Source: Gammaproteobacteria bacterium
GTDB lineage: Bacteria > Pseudomonadota > Gammaproteobacteria > HyVt-429
Assembly: GCA_022340345.1 (NCBI GenBank)
Contig: JAJDOE010000014.1
Location: forward strand, 152-64,151
Direction of reading: 5' to 3'
Length of the DNA: 64,000 nucleotides
The first letter of the stretch is position 1, and each line of letters begins with the position of its first letter. The position numbers were made by a program, and so were the translations under genes. The notes beneath the pieces are model-generated. The model was not told where the DNA came from. It made no database searches and saw nothing but the letters and a program-made list of their open reading frames with translations. Below, piece by piece: positions 43,623 through 51,746 of this stretch.

Positions 43623-45143
43623 GACCGGGAAATGATTTCGCACGTGAAAAAAGTCTACCTGGAAACATTTGGCTGCCAGATGAACGTGCTCGACAGCGAG
43701 CTGGTGCTGGGCGCGCTGGAGGGTCGCGGGTACCAGCGTACCGGCCAGCGGGACGAAGCGGATGTGGTGTTGTTCAACACCTGCTCGGTGCGCGCGAACG
43801 CCGAGCACAAAGTCTACGGTCGCCTGGGCGAGCTAAGCCATCTCAAGCGCAAGCATCCGGAGGTCGTGGTGGGCGTACTGGGTTGCATGGCCGAACGCGA
43901 AGGCGCAGACCTGCTGCAGCGTTTCCCGCAGGTGGACCTGCTGGTAGGACCCGGCGAACTCGACCGTGTTCCGGACCTCATTGCTGCATCGCGCGACGGC
44001 AATTCGGGACCGCAGCAAGCGCTTGCCGGTGACCGTGCCCGACGCAGCAGCACCCTGGATGCAGCGGGGGACAACCTGGAACGCCTCGACCTGTCCCGCT
44101 CCATGGATGCGGTGCAACGCCACGGTTCGGCATATGTTCGTATTACCCGCGGCTGTAACAAGTTCTGCAGCTACTGCGTGGTGCCCCGCACCCGCGGTGC
44201 GGAAATCCACCGGCCCCCGGATCACATTGTGGACGAGTGCCGCCGTCTGGTGGATGCGGGGGTAGTGGAAATCACGCTGCTGGGCCAGACCGTCAATCAC
44301 TACCGATTCGATCATGGAGCCAGCATTGTGGTCGCAGGCGTGGTCCAGCCCCAGGTGGGCCCCGGCGGCGGAGCCTTTACCCGCGCGGACAGCAGCTTCA
44401 ACGTCGGGCGCAAACTCACACGTTTCAGCGATCTGCTCGCCCGCATCCACGAGGAAATACCCCAACTCCAGCGGCTGCGTTTCGTCACCAGCTTTCCGAG
44501 GGATTTCGGGGACGACATCCTCCAGGTCATGGCGGACAGCGAACGCATTTGCAACTACCTGCACCTGCCGGTGCAAAGCGGATCGGATCGGGTGCTCCGG
44601 CGAATGAACCGGGGCTACAGCGTCAGCGAGTACCGGGAACTGGTGGCGCGGGCGCGCGCTCTGGTGCCGGGAGTGACCATTGCCAGTGATTTCATTGTCG
44701 GATTCCCGGGCGAGGACGAATCGGACTTCCAGCAAAGCATGGACCTGGTGCGGGCCTGCGGCTTCAAGAACAGTTACGTCTTCAAATATTCGGAACGTCC
44801 CGATACGCCCGCCGCCGGCCGCCTTGCGGACGACGTTCCGGAAGAAGTAAAGAAATCGCGCAACCACCGGTTACTTGCGGTGCAGGCCGAAGTCTCCACC
44901 GCGGTGCACCGCCAGCACCTGGACCGCACGGTGCCGGTACTCGTAGAGGGGGTCAGCCCCCGGGGAAATCCCGAAGCCACCCGCACACAGCTATCCGGTC
45001 GCACGGTTGGCGACCTGATCGTGCTTTTCGAGGGATCCACGGACCTGGTCGGGCACATCGTTCCGGTGGCCATCCACGAAGCACGCCAGCTTGCCCTGCA
45101 CGGTGCGGTAGCGGCGCCGGCCGAGGGCCCGGGCACCCCGTGA
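43623..45143 (+). CDS. MiaB-family radical-SAM methylthiotransferase (tRNA/ribosomal MTTase; subfamily unassigned)
   Basis: N-terminal MTTase domain (VYLETFGCQMNVLDSE…LFNTCSVR); radical SAM CNKFCSYC; C-terminal TRAM. Carries a Gly/Pro-rich insertion (VVAGVVQPQVGPGGGAFTRADSS) inside the rSAM core. Starts 10 nt after metG. Confidence 0.8.
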   Translation, partial: DREMISHVKKVYLETFGCQMNVLDSELVLGALEGRGYQRTGQRDEADVVLFNTCSVRANAEHKVYGRLGELSHLKRKHPEVVVGVLGCMAEREGADLLQRFPQVDLLVGPGELDRVPDLIAASRDGNSGPQQALAGDRARRSSTLDAAGDNLERLDLSRSMDAVQRHGSAYVRITRGCNKFCSYCVVPRTRGAEIHRPPDHIVDECRRLVDAGVVEITLLGQTVNHYRFDHGASIVVAGVVQPQVGPGGGAFTRADSSFNVGRKLTRFSDLLARIHEEIPQLQRLRFVTSFPRDFGDDILQVMADSERICNYLHLPVQSGSDRVLRRMNRGYSVSEYRELVARARALVPGVTIASDFIVGFPGEDESDFQQSMDLVRACGFKNSYVFKYSERPDTPAAGRLADDVPEEVKKSRNHRLLAVQAEVSTAVHRQHLDRTVPVLVEGVSPRGNPEATRTQLSGRTVGDLIVLFEGSTDLVGHIVPVAIHEARQLALHGAVAAPAEGPGTP

Positions 45144-45775
45144 GCCCGAAAAAACGCCGCGAATTTTTTGCAAGACTGCGCGCGGAAGAACCGCAACCCG
45201 CAACCGAACTTCACTACGATTCGCCATTCCAGTTGCTGGTGGCGGTGATGCTCTCGGCGCAGGCCACCGACCGCAGTGTCAACGCCGCCACTGAAAAACT
45301 CTTTGCGGAGGCCGCCACGCCCCAGGCCATTCTGGACCTGGGGCTGGCGCGCCTGAAGAAACACATCCAGACCATCGGCTTGTTCAACACCAAGGCCGAC
45401 AACCTGCGCAAGACCTGCCGGCTGCTCATCGAGCGACACGCCGGCCAGGTACCCCGCACCCGGGAGGAGCTCGAGGCCCTGCCGGGCGTCGGCCGCAAGA
45501 CCGCCAACGTGGTGCTCAACACCGCCTTTGGCGAGCCCACCATCGCGGTGGATACCCACATTTTTCGTGTCGCCAACCGCACCGGACTGGCCCCCGGCAA
45601 GACCGTGCGCCAGGTGGAGGACGCGCTGCTGAAGGCCGTACCGCCCGAGTTTTTGCACAACGCCCATCACTGGCTGATCCTTCACGGCCGCTACACCTGC
45701 CTCGCCCGCAAGCCGCGTTGCGGCGCCTGCGTGGTTTTTGACTTGTGTGCGTATCCCGATAAAGTTGAGCCATGA
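45140..45775 (+). CDS. nth: Endonuclease III (DNA glycosylase/AP lyase)
   Basis: GTG start overlapping the MTTase stop. HhH-GPD (LPGVGRKTANVVL) and a 4Fe-4S cluster (CLARKPRCGACVVFDLC). Confidence 0.93.
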   Translation: MSPKKRREFFARLRAEEPQPATELHYDSPFQLLVAVMLSAQATDRSVNAATEKLFAEAATPQAILDLGLARLKKHIQTIGLFNTKADNLRKTCRLLIERHAGQVPRTREELEALPGVGRKTANVVLNTAFGEPTIAVDTHIFRVANRTGLAPGKTVRQVEDALLKAVPPEFLHNAHHWLILHGRYTCLARKPRCGACVVFDLCAYPDKVEP

Positions 45776-46863
45776 ACGTGGCTGCCACTGGGCTGAGTTT
45801 CGGCCTGCATGCCGAGCGCGATCACGCCGAGCGCGCGGTATCGCAGGCTATGGAGCGAAGTGGGCTGGAACGGGCCAATGCGGTCATCCTGTTTCTTAGC
45901 GGCGAATATGCCGCCAATCCCACCCCGGCGGTGCGTGCCGCCGCCCGGGCCGCGGGCTGCACCCAGGTAGTGGGCTGCACCGGCAGCGGTCTGCTCACCG
46001 ACCAGGAATGGGTGCTGGACAGCCCCGGTGCCGCCGCCATGGTACTCGGCGGCGGGGCGCGCCTGCAGCCGGGTCTGCCGGATGAAGGCGGCTCGGTGCT
46101 CAGCCTTTGTACACCGTATGGCATCGATGCGGAGTGGCTGGCGGCGCCGGTGGCGCGTATCGGCGCGGTATCCACCGACCTGCTGGGCCAGGGCCCTTTC
46201 GCCGTGTGGGGCGGGGGCCGGGTCTCCGACCATGGGCGCACCGAGGCCCGCTTTACCGGCGTACGCGACGTGCTGCGCACCGCCCAGGGCATCCGCGCCC
46301 TGACCGCTCCCATCGAGGTGGCCGCGGTGGAAGGCTTCGAATTGCTGCGGCTGGGAAACTACCCGGCCCTCAATGTGCTGGTACAGTCCCTGCCGCGGGG
46401 TGTCCAGGAACTGGAGCGGGTACCGTTTCACTTGCTCATCAGCGGTGTGACCTTTGGCGATCCGGATACCGCCATCCGGGATGGCCGCTTTCGCCTCAAT
46501 CACATCATGGCGGCGGACCCGGAAAACCGCTCCATCACGCTGGCCCAGGCCCTCAATCCCGGGGAGCGCCTGTTTTGGGCAATTCGCGATGCCCTCAGCG
46601 CCGAACAGGCCTTTCGCACAACGGCGGAACAGGCCCACGAGGCCCTGCAGGCGGATCCGGATTTCGCCCTGCTGTTTCCCTGCGTGGCCCGCGGGCCATC
46701 GTTTTTCGGAAACCGGGACCGGGACATCGAGGTCATGCGCCAGATTTTCCCGGGGCTGCCATTCATCGGCTTTTACGGCAACGGAGAAATTGGCCCGCTC
46801 AACGGGGAGAATCACCTGCACCAGTACAGCACCGTGCTCGGCTTGTACCACGCGCTGCAGTAA
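45772..46863 (+). CDS. FIST sensor-domain protein (FIST_N + FIST_C, stand-alone)
   Basis: 363 aa with no output domain; sequence consistent with the FIST N/C architecture (…AVILFLSGEY…VVGCTGSGLL…FPCVARGPSFFG…IGFYGNGEIGP). ATGA overlap with the nth stop. Confidence 0.7.
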   Translation: MNVAATGLSFGLHAERDHAERAVSQAMERSGLERANAVILFLSGEYAANPTPAVRAAARAAGCTQVVGCTGSGLLTDQEWVLDSPGAAAMVLGGGARLQPGLPDEGGSVLSLCTPYGIDAEWLAAPVARIGAVSTDLLGQGPFAVWGGGRVSDHGRTEARFTGVRDVLRTAQGIRALTAPIEVAAVEGFELLRLGNYPALNVLVQSLPRGVQELERVPFHLLISGVTFGDPDTAIRDGRFRLNHIMAADPENRSITLAQALNPGERLFWAIRDALSAEQAFRTTAEQAHEALQADPDFALLFPCVARGPSFFGNRDRDIEVMRQIFPGLPFIGFYGNGEIGPLNGENHLHQYSTVLGLYHALQ

Positions 46864-46905
46864 ACGAGCACCGAAACTTTTGCCCATCCGGGCAGTCACT
46901 AAGGC

Positions 46906-46925
46906 ATTGGTACGTAGCGCCGTAC
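46906..46925. promoter_or_regulatory. Palindrome TGGTACG-N6-CGTACCA 40 bp upstream of bufA (candidate operator)
   Basis: Perfect 7-bp arms in the 102-bp FIST–bufA intergenic region; a GGAG RBS lies 10 nt before the bufA ATG. Confidence 0.3.
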
Positions 46926-46965
46926 CACATGCCCCCAACAAACCAAAACAACGGAGACACCTCAG

Positions 46966-47229
46966 ATGAAGAACGCGAACAAACTGATCGGAACGGCTAT
47001 CGCCGGCGTACTGGCCCTGGGCGGCACGAGCGCCATGACCACCGCTACCGCCGCGGCACCGGAAATTCAGAAGTGCTACGGCGTGGCCAAGGCCGGCAAG
47101 AATGACTGCCAGACTGTCAACTCCGCATGCGCAGGCACCTCCAAGACCGACGGCCAGAAAGACGCCTGGATCTACGTCCCCAAGGGCACTTGCGAAAAGC
47201 TCGCCGGCGGCTCTACCTCCAGCAGCTGA
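46966..47229 (+). CDS. bufA: DUF2282-family precursor peptide (BufA1-like bufferin RiPP precursor)
   Basis: 87 aa with signal peptide MKNANKLIGTAIAGVLALGGTSAMTTATAAA. Core CYGVAKAGKNDCQTVNSACAGTSKTDGQKDAWIYVPKGTCEKLAGG has 4 conserved Cys. Confidence 0.85.
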   Translation: MKNANKLIGTAIAGVLALGGTSAMTTATAAAPEIQKCYGVAKAGKNDCQTVNSACAGTSKTDGQKDAWIYVPKGTCEKLAGGSTSSS

Positions 47230-47230
47230 T

Positions 47231-48103
47231 TTGCCCGATTCGGACACAACGTCCGCCCGGACTGCAGACCCGATCCCCGCGCGTGCGGGGATCGGGCTGC
47301 GGGCCGACCACTATGAAGATTTGCTCAGCCAGCTCCCGCCGCTGGCCTTTCTCGAAGTTCACAGCGAGAATTATTTCGGCGGCGGCCGGCCCCTCGATTT
47401 CCTGGAACGCCTGGCGGAGCACTATCCGATCAGTTTCCATGGCGTGGGCCTGTCACTGGGGTCCTGCGACCCGTTGAGTACTGCGCACCTGCAACAGATC
47501 GCTGATCTGGATGCACGCTTCCAGCCCGTTTTCCTGTCCGAGCACCTTTCCTTCAGCAGCGCCGGTGGGGTGTTCACCCACGACCTCGTGCCACTGCCCT
47601 ATACCGAGGAGGCAGTTGCCCATTTCGCGTCCCGCATCGCCCAGGTCCAGGACCACCTGGGACGACGAATCCTGGTAGAAAATGTCTCCTGCTACCTGGA
47701 ATACGCCCATTCGAGCCTCAGCGAAGCGGATTTCGTCGCCGCGGTGGCGGAACAGGCCGACTGCGAAATCCTGCTGGACGTCAACAACATCTTCGTCAAC
47801 GCCAGCAACCATGGTCACCGGGCGGAGGATTTTCTGGAATCCATCGTCCCCGAGCGCGTCGCCGAAATTCACCTGGCGGGATTCACGCGCAACCGTTTCA
47901 CCGATGGAGAAATCCTCATCGACACCCACAACCAGCGGGTGGCCCCGGCGGTATGGGAACTGTATGCCAGGACCGTCCGGCGTCTCGGGCCCCGGGCCAC
48001 GCTAATCGAATGGGATACAGACCTTCCGCCCCTGTCGGTACTGCTCGACGAGGCCGAATTGGCGAATCGCATCCAGGACGAAGCCCGTGCTCTCGTTGCC
48101 TGA
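47231..48103 (+). CDS. bufB: MNIO (DUF692, MbnB-like) multinuclear non-heme iron oxidase, BufB-like
   Basis: GIGLRADHYEDL…FLEVHSENYF…ISFHGVGLSLGS…LSEHLSF…LVENVSCYLE…LLDVNNIFVNASNHG…EIHLAGF are DUF692 motifs. The start is inferred as TTG 47231 directly after the bufA stop (290 aa); the alternative ATG 47102 overlaps bufA by 128 nt. Confidence 0.85.
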   Translation: MPDSDTTSARTADPIPARAGIGLRADHYEDLLSQLPPLAFLEVHSENYFGGGRPLDFLERLAEHYPISFHGVGLSLGSCDPLSTAHLQQIADLDARFQPVFLSEHLSFSSAGGVFTHDLVPLPYTEEAVAHFASRIAQVQDHLGRRILVENVSCYLEYAHSSLSEADFVAAVAEQADCEILLDVNNIFVNASNHGHRAEDFLESIVPERVAEIHLAGFTRNRFTDGEILIDTHNQRVAPAVWELYARTVRRLGPRATLIEWDTDLPPLSVLLDEAELANRIQDEARALVA

Positions 48104-48863
48104 ACTGCAGAAACAACTCACCGAAACCCTCTACGGCGGCGAACCGCCGGAGGAACTGCTGCGGCGGGTACTGGCTAACGGCCTGGACCCGGCGCGTCGT
48201 TTGCAGGTCTACCGCAACAACACCTTCAGCAACCTGACCGGCGCGCTGCGCGCGGTCTACCCGGTCATCGACCGCCTGGTCGGCGAGGCGTTCTTCGACG
48301 AGGCAGCACGACAGTACATCCCGAAGCAACCCTCCCTCAGCGGCAACCTCCACGATTTTGGCGCCACCTTCGCCGCTTTTCTCGGCGACTATGCGCACGC
48401 GCAAAGCCTGCCGTACCTGGCGGATGTGGCGCGCCTGGAATGGGCCTACCACCGGGCCTTCCATGCGGTGGATCATGCGCCCCTGGATCTGCAGGCGCTT
48501 TCGCAGGTATCCCGCGACAAACTGGACCGGCTGGTTTTCTTCCTGCATCCGTCGGCTACCCTGATCCACTCCCGCTGGCCGATCATCACCATCTGGCAGG
48601 CCAACCGGGACGAAACCGGGAACGAGCCGGGGGAGATCAGCCTGGATAGCGGCGCCTGCATGGCGCTGGTCATCCGCCGCGGTATGGACGTTTTTTTCGA
48701 GTCGCCACCGGGGCCGGAATTCACACTGCTGCAAAAGATCGCCGCAGGAGAGAACCTGGGGGCCGCTACCAGGGCGGCGCTGGCTGCCGGAGCAATTGAC
48801 CTGGAAGACGTATTGCAACGCCATGTCACGTGTAAGACAGTGACCTCGTTCACGGTCCTGTAA
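48087..48863 (+). CDS. bufC: DUF2063 partner protein (BufC-like, RRE-type)
   Basis: GTG start overlapping the bufB end by 17 nt; LPELQKQLTETLYGGEPPEELLRRVLANGLDPARRLQVYRNN is a typical DUF2063 N-terminus. Confidence 0.85.
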   Translation: MLSLPELQKQLTETLYGGEPPEELLRRVLANGLDPARRLQVYRNNTFSNLTGALRAVYPVIDRLVGEAFFDEAARQYIPKQPSLSGNLHDFGATFAAFLGDYAHAQSLPYLADVARLEWAYHRAFHAVDHAPLDLQALSQVSRDKLDRLVFFLHPSATLIHSRWPIITIWQANRDETGNEPGEISLDSGACMALVIRRGMDVFFESPPGPEFTLLQKIAAGENLGAATRAALAAGAIDLEDVLQRHVTCKTVTSFTVL

Positions 48864-48902
48864 TAGCGGCCATTTGCAACACCAACGGGAGCAACCCGCA
48901 CT

Positions 48903-49379
48903 ATGAAAAAACTGCTGAGTACCGCCTGTGGCATTGCCAAAGTTGTTACGCCTCGCCTGGACCAACTCGCTCCGGTGGCCGACCTGCTGATCCGGGTGAT
49001 GGCCGCCAAATTTTTCTGGGATTCGGCGCTCACCAAGCTGACGCTGAATTGGGAATTGCCCTTCATTCACATGAACCCCAGCACGCTGATTCTGTTCCAG
49101 TACGAATACCAGGTGCCCCTGTTGCCATCGAGCGTTGCCGCCTACATGGGTTCCGGGGTGGAACTGATTTTTCCGGTGTTGCTGGCCATCGGCCTTGCCG
49201 GGCGACTCAGCGCCTTCGTGCTGTTCGGTTTCAACATCGTGGCGGTTCTCTCCTACCCGGGGCTGAACGCGGCCGGCCAATTCCAGCACCTGCTGTACGG
49301 AGTGATGCTGTTATTGCCACTGTTCCGCGGTCCCGGCCTGATCTCGGTGGATCACCTTCTCAAACAGCGTTGCAACTGA
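48903..49379 (+). CDS. doxX: DoxX family membrane protein
   Basis: …LLIRVMAAKFFWDSALTKL… has 4 TM helices (PF07681-like); fourth gene of a BUF1-type operon. Confidence 0.8.
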   Translation: MKKLLSTACGIAKVVTPRLDQLAPVADLLIRVMAAKFFWDSALTKLTLNWELPFIHMNPSTLILFQYEYQVPLLPSSVAAYMGSGVELIFPVLLAIGLAGRLSAFVLFGFNIVAVLSYPGLNAAGQFQHLLYGVMLLLPLFRGPGLISVDHLLKQRCN

Positions 49380-49396
49380 AGCACCCCGACCCGAAA

Positions 49397-50359
49397 ATGA
49401 GCGGTCCCGCCCCGTCCTTCGCGGCAACCTTGCGTGCCAACGGCCTGCCACCGCTGGTGCGCGCGCCGCTGCAAACGCTGCAGATCAACGTGGGACGGCG
49501 CTGCAACCAGGCCTGCCATCACTGCCACGTGGACGCGGGACCGAAACGCCCCGAGGTAATGACGGCGGAAGTCGCGCGACGGGTGGTGGACTGGGCGCTG
49601 GCGGCAGCGGTCACCGAAGTCGACATCACCGGCGGCGCCCCGGAACTCAACCCGGAATTTCGCTGGATGGTGGACACCTTGCGCACGGCCGGCGTGCAGG
49701 TAATTTCCCGCTGCAATCTCACGGTGCTGTTCGAGCCCGGCCAGCAGGACCTGGCGGAATGGTACGCCGGGCGCGAGGTACGGCTGGTCTGCTCGCTGCC
49801 CTGTTATACCCGGGACAATACCGACGCCCAGCGGGGTGACGGTGTATTCGATAAGAGTATTGCCGCGCTGCAACTGCTGAACCAGCACGGCTATGGTGCG
49901 CAACGGCAACTGGACCTGGTCTACAACCCGGGCGGGGCATTTTTGCCGCCGGACCAGCAGGCACTGGAGCGGGAGTACCGGGAACGGCTGCTGGCGGATT
50001 TCGGAGTTCGCTTCTCACGCCTGCTGGCGCTGGCCAACCTGCCGATCAACCGTTTTGCCCACTTCCTGGAACGCAGCGGCCAGCGGGAAAGCTATCAGCT
50101 CCTGCTGCAGGAAAGTTTCAATGTCGCCACCGTGGACGGCCTGATGTGCCGGCAGCTGCTAAGCGTGGACTGGCTGGGCCAGGTGTTCGACTGCGATTTC
50201 AACCAGATGCTCGACCTGCCGCTGGGGGGAACCCGCCGCTACCTGTGGGACCTGGACCCGGCGACCCTGCCGGGTAAGCCGGTGGCGGTGGATGCGCACT
50301 GCTTCGGCTGCACCGCGGGAGCGGGGTCGAGCTGCGGTGGCTCATTGGTGGCATCCTGA
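49397..50359 (+). CDS. ArsS-family radical SAM / Cys-rich (DUF3641-like) protein
   Basis: LQINVGRRCNQACHHCHVDAGPKR (CX3CX2C); C-terminal HCFGCTAGAGSSCGGS Cys cluster (Cys, not Sec). Resembles the arsenosugar rSAM ArsS / TIGR04167 family. Begins 17 nt after doxX. Confidence 0.8.
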   Translation: MSGPAPSFAATLRANGLPPLVRAPLQTLQINVGRRCNQACHHCHVDAGPKRPEVMTAEVARRVVDWALAAAVTEVDITGGAPELNPEFRWMVDTLRTAGVQVISRCNLTVLFEPGQQDLAEWYAGREVRLVCSLPCYTRDNTDAQRGDGVFDKSIAALQLLNQHGYGAQRQLDLVYNPGGAFLPPDQQALEREYRERLLADFGVRFSRLLALANLPINRFAHFLERSGQRESYQLLLQESFNVATVDGLMCRQLLSVDWLGQVFDCDFNQMLDLPLGGTRRYLWDLDPATLPGKPVAVDAHCFGCTAGAGSSCGGSLVAS

Positions 50360-50472
50360 CGAGTACCACGAGTCAGGATTCCGATTCCTCGCATGATTGC
50401 GCCTCAGCGCAATCATGGCGATGCAAAAGCAATTCCAACTATCGCCATGATCGCGCCGCAGACGCAATCATG
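50353..50472. repeat. Cluster of overlapping REP-like palindromes (core CATGATYGCGC…GCGCAATCATG) between convergent rSAM and dnaJ
   Basis: ATCCTGAC-11 nt-GTCAGGAT over the rSAM stop; perfect CATGATTGCGCctcaGCGCAATCATG (50392-50417); ATCATGGCGAT-18 nt-ATCGCCATGAT (50412-50451); degenerate copy CATGATCGCGC-7 nt-GCAATCATG (50446-50472). Confidence 0.7.
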
Positions 50473-50511
50473 CGAAGGCAAGGACACCCGGCCCATCAAA
50501 TGGCCCGGGCA

Positions 50512-51645
50512 CTAGGATACGAGATCCTCAAAAAACCGCTTGATCTTGTCACTCCACCCCTGGGCCCGCGGATTGTGACGTGAGCCCCCTTCACCGAAAG
50601 AATCCTCCAACTGCTGGAGCAAGTCTTTCTGCTCCTGCGTCAGGTTAACCGGAATTTCCACGTTGATACGGCAGTACAGGTCTCCGGTGTGGCCGCTGCG
50701 CACGCTGCGCACACCCTTGCCACGCAAACGGTAAAGCTTCTCGCTCTGGGTTTCCGGCGCCACTTTGAGGCGCGCCCGGCCATCCAGGGTCGGAATCTCC
50801 AGCTCACCGCCCAGCGCCAGGGTGGCGAAACTCACCGGCATTTCGCAATACAGGTCGTCACCGTCGCGGCGAAAGATCGGGTGGTCTTTGAGGCTGATTT
50901 GGACGTACAGGTCGCCCGGTGGCACGCCGTGCTCGCCGGCCTCGCCCTCTCCCGCCAGGCGCACCTGGTCGCCGGTATCCACACCCGCCGGTACTTTCAC
51001 AGAAAGGGTCTTGGTATGCCGGGTACGGCCCTGGCCCTGGCAGCTTTCGCAGGGATCACTGATGACCTGTCCGCGACCGCGACAATTGGGACAGGTCTGC
51101 TGCACGGAGAAAAAACCCTGTTGCATGCGCACCTGGCCGTGTCCGCCACAGGTCTGGCAGGTGGTCGGCGAGGAACCGGCCTTGGCGCCACTGCCACTGC
51201 AGGTCTCACAACTCTGGTAGGTGGGCACCCGAATCTTGACTTCGGTGCCGCGCACCGCGTTCTCCAGATCCAGTTCCAGGTTGTAGCGCAGGTCCGAGCC
51301 CCGCGCCTGACCACCCCGGCCGCCGCGACGACCAGCGCCGAAGATATCGCCGAAGATGTCACCAAAGATGTCGCCGAACCCCGCTCCACCGCTGGAATGA
51401 AACCCACCGCCCATGGAGGGGTCCACGCCGGCATGCCCGAACTGGTCATAGGCGGCACGCTTCTGGGGGTCCTTCAGGGTCTCAAAGGCTTCTTTCGCCT
51501 CCTTGAATCGTGCTTCCGAAGCTTCATCACCGTCGCTGCGATCCGGGTGGTGCTTCATCGCCAGGCGCCGGTACGCCTTTTTCAGTTCGTCATCGGAGGC
51601 ATTGCGCGGCACGCCCAGGGTTTCGTAGTAATCGCGCTTCGACAT
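50512..51645 (-). CDS. dnaJ: Chaperone DnaJ
   Basis: J domain (HPD); G/F region ([13 protein letters not shown]); four CxxCxGxG Zn-finger repeats. Confidence 0.97.
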   Translation of the reverse strand: MSKRDYYETLGVPRNASDDELKKAYRRLAMKHHPDRSDGDEASEARFKEAKEAFETLKDPQKRAAYDQFGHAGVDPSMGGGFHSSGGAGFGDIFGDIFGDIFGAGRRGGRGGQARGSDLRYNLELDLENAVRGTEVKIRVPTYQSCETCSGSGAKAGSSPTTCQTCGGHGQVRMQQGFFSVQQTCPNCRGRGQVISDPCESCQGQGRTRHTKTLSVKVPAGVDTGDQVRLAGEGEAGEHGVPPGDLYVQISLKDHPIFRRDGDDLYCEMPVSFATLALGGELEIPTLDGRARLKVAPETQSEKLYRLRGKGVRSVRSGHTGDLYCRINVEIPVNLTQEQKDLLQQLEDSFGEGGSRHNPRAQGWSDKIKRFFEDLVS

Positions 51646-51746
51646 GGCTGCTGGCTATTCTGAAGTTTTAGCAAATACACACATGCGACAAGGCGCGGAG
51701 GATCTCCCCCGCGCCCGTCGCTGCGCTTCCTGGCTGACCCGCGAGG

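Noticed and set aside
47102-47230. ATG 47102 as start of the DUF692 (bufB) gene (333-aa track ORF)
   Set aside because: It would overlap bufA by 128 nt and add a 43-aa low-complexity Pro/Ala/Ser-rich N-terminus that is merely the +1 frame of bufA. DUF692 homology begins at about 47290, and a TTG at 47231 gives the family-typical 290 aa.
45691-47247. 518-aa minus-strand ORF
   Set aside because: Antisense to nth/FIST/bufA; the sense-strand genes carry clear family motifs.
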